Below are positions 47,720-55,800 of a DNA stretch of 64,000 nt, in pieces; positions within the stretch are counted from its first letter, which is position 1; each line of letters starts with the position of its first letter. The position numbers and the translations under genes were made by a program. The DNA is from a virus, in the IMG/VR virus record IMGVR_UViG_3300031521_000033, positions 30,210 through 94,209 of that record; one strand, given 5' to 3'. Under the pieces are notes generated by a model that was given only the letters and a program-made list of their open reading frames with translations, ran no database searches and was not told where the DNA came from.

Positions 47720-48682
47720 CTACCAACTTGGACTCAGTGAAAATACATACGGGTTATTGTCCGCATCTGGTTGCGGTCCTACTGGTGGATCTCCACCGTT
47801 TGCAGGTATATTATATATTAATAAATTTAATATATACATTATCATCCATGGTTCATATACTGGTCTATTATTTATAGTTTCACCAGTTGCTTGCATTGGT
47901 AATAATGCTGGATATAATAAATTTGTCACTAATGCTAATAATATACCATATGAAAATTCTATAATTTCTCCCTTTAGATCATCTGCAATGGTTTCCACTA
48001 TTTTAGTAGTATCATAATACAGTATATTAGGATATAATGTTGAATACACAATTCTAGTAACATCATTTATAAGTGTATTAAATATATCATCAAAGGTAAC
48101 TGTACCTGTAATTGGTAATGTTTGTTCTGCGATCTCTTCACCATAATACGCGCCACTCGGCAACACCCAATGAAATATACTATTTATATAACTATCAAAC
48201 TGTCCCCACATAATACCCTGAGTGTAGCTTGGATAAGTCTCATATCTCATCAGAGCATACATGAAAATTGTTCTATATGTATGTGCTCCGGTTAACACCA
48301 TTATAAACTGATGAGATTCATATATACCAAATTCTATATCTAAATCTCCCCATGTTAGTATATTCTCTGCTGTTGTTATATTTCCTAAGTTATCTGTAAC
48401 CACGAACTGCTTTTCAACTATATTAAACACATATGTATATCCTGTTGTTAGTGCCAATGGAGATGAGGGAGATTTTATACTCCCCAAAGGTACTTCTAAT
48501 CCATCCCGTTCTGCTAATGTTACGGTGTCCCCATAGTAAGTTATTGGCAAATAATAACCGAGTGAATCTGCAGTCAATATTCTTGTTCCGGTTACGGTGT
48601 CCATATTGTCAGCTACAAATGATTTTGAGTCTATAATATTCATAGTGGGCATTAATAAAACTCCGTCATATGATACTGTCAT
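47720..48682 (-). CDS. virion structural protein
   Basis: Position in tail module. Confidence 0.55.
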   Translation of the reverse strand: MTVSYDGVLLMPTMNIIDSKSFVADNMDTVTGTRILTADSLGYYLPITYYGDTVTLAERDGLEVPLGSIKSPSSPLALTTGYTYVFNIVEKQFVVTDNLGNITTAENILTWGDLDIEFGIYESHQFIMVLTGAHTYRTIFMYALMRYETYPSYTQGIMWGQFDSYINSIFHWVLPSGAYYGEEIAEQTLPITGTVTFDDIFNTLINDVTRIVYSTLYPNILYYDTTKIVETIADDLKGEIIEFSYGILLALVTNLLYPALLPMQATGETINNRPVYEPWMIMYILNLLIYNIPANGGDPPVGPQPDADNNPYVFSLSPSW

Positions 48683-48695
48683 CCTACTTTGCCCC

Positions 48696-49892
48696 CTATT
48701 CCTGCTTTACTCCTAAACCGTCATATCCAAATATTCCCCCTCGGCGTGTCATAGGTAATGCCTGGTGTATTTCCCCGGAAACAGGATAATTTATTGTATA
48801 TGCTTTAGCTGGTGCTATATTATATGTTGATATAAAATATATATCTGGAATAACACCAACCGGACTAAATACACGCAATCCGTCTGGATCTCTTATTACA
48901 CTAAGCATCAATGATAGATCAACTGTAACACAGTTAAGTGTATTGGCATTCCGTCCCTGATCAGATGATGTCTGTGATTGAAAATTTCCCCAATGAGGAA
49001 CTTTTGGAACCCATGTTCCAGTTAACCCGACGGTTCTTAATGGCATACCCATTTGTTTACCTGTATAGCATATAGCATTTCCTGATACAATTGCACCACT
49101 AGATGCCCAAATAATATAACCTCTACTAGGCGCATCATCCATATCAATTCTTAAAAATGTTGATGCATTTGATGTTGTACTAAATATTGGAATTAATTCT
49201 GGTTCTAAACTTAAGGCTTTCTGGATATCCGTTCCAGTAGTCAGTGTTGCTGGTGTCATTGTGTAGGAATTAGCTGTCGCACTTAAAAATGCCCCTCCAG
49301 TCCATACTCCTGATTTTTTAACATTACCAAATGCCATATGTTGAAACACACCATTTGTAACAATTGATACTAAAATTACTGGATTTGTGCTTGTTGTAAT
49401 CGCATTTAAATAAACATCATGGGACAGCCCACTAATCATAGCTAATCCAACACCAACTGGATCTCCTGTATTATCCGTTGTCTTGTACTTTGGAACATCT
49501 GCCTGTGCAAACCAATTATCCGCACCAGATGAATATGCACTTGATGCAGTACACCCAACTCCAAATATCCTATTATCTGCCGTTGGTAGAGCATTTACAT
49601 AATTACCATTACCATCTAAATGTGCTGGCATGGTGTACCAAGTTGACAAGTCTACTCCTAGTTTCTGTCTTTTGAATATCTGATACCCATTTGCACTACG
49701 TAAATTAATATGTGTAGATCCATTTGGGGAAACAATGCAACATTTATTCCCGTCTGATGTCTGTTTATTAATAATATCTAAATCAGCTACTGGTGCTTGA
49801 GCTGATGTCCATGCATTCGCTAATGCAAAATCATATATCTTCTGCATTAAATCATTTGAGGTTGTTACCCCTGTATATTTAACAACTGCCAC
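48696..49892 (-). CDS. virion structural (tail) protein
   Basis: Y.G.....L...FA..N.W; FQH..FG...K.G.WTGG.F; P.G..PD. Confidence 0.65.
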   Translation of the reverse strand: MAVVKYTGVTTSNDLMQKIYDFALANAWTSAQAPVADLDIINKQTSDGNKCCIVSPNGSTHINLRSANGYQIFKRQKLGVDLSTWYTMPAHLDGNGNYVNALPTADNRIFGVGCTASSAYSSGADNWFAQADVPKYKTTDNTGDPVGVGLAMISGLSHDVYLNAITTSTNPVILVSIVTNGVFQHMAFGNVKKSGVWTGGAFLSATANSYTMTPATLTTGTDIQKALSLEPELIPIFSTTSNASTFLRIDMDDAPSRGYIIWASSGAIVSGNAICYTGKQMGMPLRTVGLTGTWVPKVPHWGNFQSQTSSDQGRNANTLNCVTVDLSLMLSVIRDPDGLRVFSPVGVIPDIYFISTYNIAPAKAYTINYPVSGEIHQALPMTRRGGIFGYDGLGVKQE

Positions 49893-51491
49893 TTATATAT
49901 CCCCCTCTAATTTTATTGCCATACGATGTCTATTACCATATGTATAAGTCATATTTTCATAACTGGTTTTTAATACCTCTCTGGCCCAAAAATCATATGG
50001 TATTGTTGCTCCATCAGTATTTAAATAATATTTATACCATGAAAGTCTACCTTGCCAAACATTTGGAATTACAAGAACTTTACCCTCTTCTGTATCTATT
50101 TCACCAAACTGTATTGGTTCAGTATTTGTATAAAACATTCTTGGTATATAACTAGATACTGATGTAATCTTATCCGGTGATCCACCATCTTCTCCTACTG
50201 TTAAGTTTTGGTTTAGCATCACCTTAGTTAATTCTCTTGAGTAGTCATATACCCCTCGCATTGGAAATGTATCAGAGTGTGGTGTTATATCAGAATAGTT
50301 TCTTCCGTTTTCATACTCTGATAGATCAATATCCGTTGGGTATAATCTGGCCTCATCTGGACTATATAATTCTGGTGGATATAATGGGTAAGCAAAAACA
50401 GGGTTGTTACCAGACATCCGAAATCTGAATATATTTGCAGGTTGTGCAAAATTACCATGAAATTGCCATATTCCGTCAGGATTCATTATGGCACATTGAG
50501 TTGGGCAAAATTTTGACTTCACACCCCTAGTAGGAAATATAGGTAAAGAATTACAAAAACTTGCATCGTCATCTGACAAATCCAACGATATACCTACTGT
50601 CGGATCTGGATCACCACTTGTCGGTGAATTTACCCCATTCGCTGTTAGGCCCAAACTGCCCACTTGCATTGCAGGAAACGGGTATGTTCCTTCTCCATAA
50701 CAAGGTAACATCCCAACACATATTGTTCGCCAATACTTACCATTCTTAACGATTACATTAATACTATATTTATCTTTTACTATCCAATATTTTGATACCG
50801 GGTAATCAAACACACCATTTACATTACTTGTATATAGTAATGGATAACCTATCCCCGGCATTGTTGGCGGCGTTATTGCCATTTTCTGATTTAAATTTCC
50901 ACTAAGTAATCTAAAAAAATTCATCATTGGTATAGGATGTTTTATATAATTTAATGCCCCACCTTGTTCATCCCAATTTAAATTTTCATCAAATTGTTTA
51001 AATACTCCAAATGATAATATTTTTCCATACTCTCTACCATCATCATACTCTTTTACAATAGACATATTAGCTGTACATTTTGTATCTACTATCTTGTGAT
51101 AAACTGGCTCTTGTGTCCATACATATGGATAGTAGTGTCCAGGATTGCTGATTACTTGCTTATTCCATGTGTATATATTATTATTTGTGTTTGTACAAAC
51201 AACATCGTCGGTAATTCCTAATATATTATTTGCAACCTTATCCCGCATTACTGTTCCTGAATATAACCAGTTTTTATATGTATCACTAGTTATCTCATTA
51301 TACATCATTCCTATATAAAAATGATCATCTTCATTTATACCTTTTACTTTAAAATAAGTCCCTTTTGGAAACCCATTATCTGCAACTAATTCCCACGCAT
51401 CATCACCGTGGATTGTTGTATTTGTTAAATATGATATTAATACTGCTTTTAAATCCAATATTCCAGTGAATGATCCTGATGTATATGCCAC
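49893..51491 (-). CDS. virion structural (tail) protein
   Basis: MAYTSG start; W..Q.G and YPFP motifs shared with 51496..52548. Confidence 0.6.
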   Translation of the reverse strand: MAYTSGSFTGILDLKAVLISYLTNTTIHGDDAWELVADNGFPKGTYFKVKGINEDDHFYIGMMYNEITSDTYKNWLYSGTVMRDKVANNILGITDDVVCTNTNNNIYTWNKQVISNPGHYYPYVWTQEPVYHKIVDTKCTANMSIVKEYDDGREYGKILSFGVFKQFDENLNWDEQGGALNYIKHPIPMMNFFRLLSGNLNQKMAITPPTMPGIGYPLLYTSNVNGVFDYPVSKYWIVKDKYSINVIVKNGKYWRTICVGMLPCYGEGTYPFPAMQVGSLGLTANGVNSPTSGDPDPTVGISLDLSDDDASFCNSLPIFPTRGVKSKFCPTQCAIMNPDGIWQFHGNFAQPANIFRFRMSGNNPVFAYPLYPPELYSPDEARLYPTDIDLSEYENGRNYSDITPHSDTFPMRGVYDYSRELTKVMLNQNLTVGEDGGSPDKITSVSSYIPRMFYTNTEPIQFGEIDTEEGKVLVIPNVWQGRLSWYKYYLNTDGATIPYDFWAREVLKTSYENMTYTYGNRHRMAIKLEGDI

Positions 51492-51495
51492 ATTA

Positions 51496-52548
51496 TCACG
51501 CCCATTCTACTGCATAATAATCATTACCACCACGAGCTAGAATATTGGCAAATATAATATAATCGGTATCATTTATTGTTACTACATTTTCTGATGCAAT
51601 ATCCTTTGCACCGCCTATCCAGAAAATACCATCTAATTTTCCTAATAAGTTCTGTGGGTAATTTGATGATAAGAAAAAGTCAATTAGTAAATGACTGTCT
51701 TTTGTTACACCAGAATCTATTGAATTGTAGCACGTATATAACTCTGTTGATTCTGTATTGGTGGGCCACACATTTAGTTCACCAAATTTACTTGCACCAT
51801 TGTTATTGTATCCGGCCCCCCATGTGCCGTCTACCTTCCGGTATCTCATTGATGTCTTAAGTGAAGCTGATGTTACTGATGGTATAGTAGTAGAAAAACT
51901 ACCCCCCGCATTATATCCAGCTGATATCGGATCTGTTACTGAAGACACATTTCCACTATCCCATGACACGGTATTATCATATGTTGTTCCTGCTAAAACT
52001 AATGGATATGGAAATTGTTTTTCTACCGCAACAGGAGTAAAAAACCCGAAATACCCCGTCATATATTGTGTCGCTAATTTGGTAACAACAATAAATCGTT
52101 TTGTTGTTGCTGTTATCCAGTATGTAAATGTCGTGTTATTTGCAATTGGGTAGGATGGTAATCCAGTGTTTAATGGGAATTTGCTAATCGCACCCGGTTG
52201 ATCTGTCCAACTGTTTAAATCCGCATCAAACCCCGCATATCCATTGAACTCCAGTGTTCCCCATGTTGCATCAATAGCTGACATAATAATTCGCATTCCA
52301 ATGTATATCTTATCAGCCCCGTCACCAACACCCATATATATAACTTCGGACATTTGTGCTGAATCAACAACACTAATGGTTGTAGTTACTCCGTCTACTG
52401 TCTCGGTTATATTTCCATTTTTAGTATATACGCGTGTCCACCGATTGGCCAAAGCAAACTTATCCCCGGTTAATAGTGCATCTATAGCATTGAAAAGTTC
52501 AGTCACCTTTGTTGCACTTGCTGAACTTGAAACAATTGTGTCACTCAA
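51496..52548 (-). CDS. virion structural (tail) protein
   Basis: G.G...IYIG, DQPG, YW......R..VV.K....Y...Y.G, QFPYPL..AG, G.LDG..W..G....SEN. Confidence 0.7.
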   Translation of the reverse strand: MSDTIVSSSASATKVTELFNAIDALLTGDKFALANRWTRVYTKNGNITETVDGVTTTISVVDSAQMSEVIYMGVGDGADKIYIGMRIIMSAIDATWGTLEFNGYAGFDADLNSWTDQPGAISKFPLNTGLPSYPIANNTTFTYWITATTKRFIVVTKLATQYMTGYFGFFTPVAVEKQFPYPLVLAGTTYDNTVSWDSGNVSSVTDPISAGYNAGGSFSTTIPSVTSASLKTSMRYRKVDGTWGAGYNNNGASKFGELNVWPTNTESTELYTCYNSIDSGVTKDSHLLIDFFLSSNYPQNLLGKLDGIFWIGGAKDIASENVVTINDTDYIIFANILARGGNDYYAVEWA

Positions 52549-52552
52549 ACTA

Positions 52553-52768
52553 TCACCCCCTCATTTTCTTTATATCTTCCATACTCATTGAAGATACTGT
52601 TTGTAAAACTCCCTCAGCTAGATTCTGAACTTTTTTATACATTTCAACCCGTTCGGATAATTCAATATATTTGATCATATCTAATACTTCTTTTAGGTCA
52701 AGTTGTTCCAATTCATCTTGTTCATAATCCTTTGATATTTCATTTGTAAAATATTCTTTTATTGTCAT
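52553..52768 (-). CDS. moron-like small protein within tail operon
   Basis: Own consensus promoter and GGAGGG RBS between tape measure and tail genes. Confidence 0.65.
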   Translation of the reverse strand: MTIKEYFTNEISKDYEQDELEQLDLKEVLDMIKYIELSERVEMYKKVQNLAEGVLQTVSSMSMEDIKKMRG

Positions 52769-52798
52769 TTTTAATACCCTCCATTTCCCCTTATCTAT

Positions 52799-52827
52799 AT
52801 TATACTACAAATAAGGGGATTTGTCAA
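52799..52827 (-). promoter_or_regulatory. consensus sigma-A promoter TTGACA-17-TATAAT inside a 14-bp inverted repeat
   Basis: Direct sequence. Confidence 0.85.
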
Positions 52828-52829
52828 CA

Positions 52830-55800
52830 TTATCTAATTAACCTATTTACTACACCTTTATTATTTCTCGTTATATCTACCACTACTTTTTGACCAGGGC
52901 CACTTCGCATGAAATGCTCTATTGCTTCATCCTGATTTTTTACAAGTGCAATATTAAGATTTGCATTTGTCGTTACATTACTCCCAATATTTTTTGCAAA
53001 GGAAGTAATACCTTTTGCAGTAGTCTGTGAAGCTGTTTCCCCAACTATTCCTCCAGTTGCAAAATGTGCTCTTGGAATATGCATATTATATAAATCACCA
53101 TTATTTAAAGCGTTTAAATAACCCAACCCCATTTTTTTAACTGAGGCCGCTTTGACAACAAACTCCCCATGAGATAACATCGAAGGAACACTATCTGATG
53201 TACCTGTTCCAGCTCCGCTTATAAATCCTCCTGTGGCCGCATGCAATAAGTCTGCATTTGAAAATGTATAAGATGTTCCACTGTTTGTTGTACTACTGTT
53301 TGCAGTTGTTCCTATTTGACTTGTTGCAGAACTTACAGTTGCTAATGCACTTGATATTCCCTGCATTATTGTATCCATGGCGCTTGATACCGAAGTGTTT
53401 AATGATTGCATAACAGTTGTTGCCTGTGTTGCTGATGTGTCTAAATTTCCTGATGTATTGTTAAAGTCCGTATTATTTGTGCTAGAAATTGGGTTATAAT
53501 CAGTTATATTTGTTTTTGGAGTTGTTAGTCCCTCCATTACATTTGCAGTACCAAAGATTGTGTTATCAGAAGTTGTTTTTGATTTATCATCCACCGCATT
53601 TGTTTTCTTTGTTGGGAATAACATATTCATCCAGTCTTTTGTTAATTGATCTGCAAATACTTTCTGAATACTTTTAAGTATTGATATTATCATACTGTTA
53701 AATGCCTCGCTAAGACTCGTGGCATTATTTACTCCGTCGGTAAGAAATGAATTTAACCCATCCTCAAATGCTTGTTTTGATGATTGACGAACCTGTTCTA
53801 ATATTGTTGGCAAATACCCAAGTAGTTGATTCATTCTAATTAATTTTTCGGTTGGGAATATATCATTAAACAATATTTTCATTTTTTCAATGGATGTGTT
53901 TGCCCTGTCAAATGATTTGTAATAATCTACAAGCCTGGATTTATCCATATCTGCTAATGTATTATATTTTGTAGAATCTGTTTGTTTTTTTGATTCCGTT
54001 TTTTGCCCTGTTGTCATACTATATGTGTTTTCTGTTACATTGTTCTGATAATCAGCATTATCTGTTACAGCCTTTTTGAAATTAGTTACAATAGCATCTA
54101 ATGCATCTTTAGATTCTTTTATTGCTTTTACAGCTTTCCAGTATTGGTCTAGTTGACCATTTTGCTGTGCAACATCTCTTATTTTTTCTTGTGTTGCTAT
54201 CTGCTGCTTTAAATCAAATCCATAGTTACCCTTACTAAAATAATCAGAATACTTCTTAACGGCATCACTTGCAGAATATACACCTGCACCAATCTTGTTC
54301 ATCATATCCGTTGCGCTATCATTTATTGTTTGTAACGATAGTTCAACATATTTTTGTGATTGCGATAATGATAAATCTCTTTGTTTATAATCTAAAACCT
54401 TTAATGACTCAGATGCTAACTCTGGTCTATTCTGTGATGTAAATAGTTGAACTGATTTTCTGGCCGCTTCAACTGCTTGTTTCTTTTCAATGGAACTGAC
54501 ATCGCCAAACATATCTCCGTAACTCTTCATCATATCGTCACTTGATTTTTCAAGTTCTTCAATACGTTTCTTTATGGCCTGTTCTTCCTTAGTTTTCGCA
54601 ACTGGTAAATTTAATGCTGGAATTGAACTGGCTGCGCCTGTTGCCTGAGTTAATTTATTAAGTGATATATAACCAGAAACATCCGGCCATGACTGTTGAT
54701 AATTATTACCGTAATCAGCAGGAGTTGAACCGCCATCACGCCCTGATGAATGAACATATCCCAATCCACCTGTCGACATTGCTACGTGATGTTCATCCTT
54801 ACCAATTACAATTGCATCACCCTTTGATGGTTGATAACCTGAACCAGCACTTTCATATGCTCCAAGATTTTTAGCTGTCTGAACTAAATCAGGGACCCGT
54901 GTTTTCCAATTTCCAGTTTCTTGCCCTGATGCGTTTATTGCCTTAGTTAACTGTAATCCATCATCCCAACTTTGAGTTACAAATTCAGCACATTTAATCT
55001 GATCGTATGTTACACCCTGCTGAACCATTGCATCTGCCGCTTTTGTTACTGCCTCTCCAGTATCAACTACCGGAACATTTACTTTTTCCTTCATTAATGG
55101 AGACTGTAATAATTTAGTTGATATATCATTTGCTTCTGTTAAATGAGCTAATACTGCTGTTTCATAACTTTGATTACCACCGTTTGGTGTATTATACTTT
55201 GCAATTGCCATACCCCAATCAGGCGTTGTTAATGATTCATATTGTTTTTTAAGGTACATTGCTGTTGCCAATAAATTATCATATACATCATTTATATTAC
55301 CATTTGGTAACATTGACTGAAACTCACCTGCACCAATTTGACCTGCACCAAAATGCGCTTGGTCAGATGATGTTGTTAGTTCCCCATTCGATTGATATTG
55401 CTGCATACCAGATTCTTGCAGTGCTACTGCAATCAACTTATCTAATGGAACTCCCGTTATTTGTGATGCATTGTATGCGGCCGCTTCTTCTGGTGTTGAT
55501 CCTGTTGGTATCTGTCTTCCGGTTTCTACCATACCAGTTTTATTTGGTGCATTCATGGAATCTTTAACTTCCGCAACGTGATCTGAATATGCTTTCATCA
55601 TTGATGCAACGCCTTCTTGAGCTGTTGTTGCATCTTGTAATGCTACGGTATATTTTGCAAGATCGGCATTTAGATTTCTAATTGCTTCATCTTTTTGATC
55701 CGGGTTTGTATATAATGTTTTTGATACTAGATCTAATTGTGCATTTGTACTAGCAATTCTAGCTTGCGATTCTGCAACTGTTATTTCAGATTGTTTTGAT

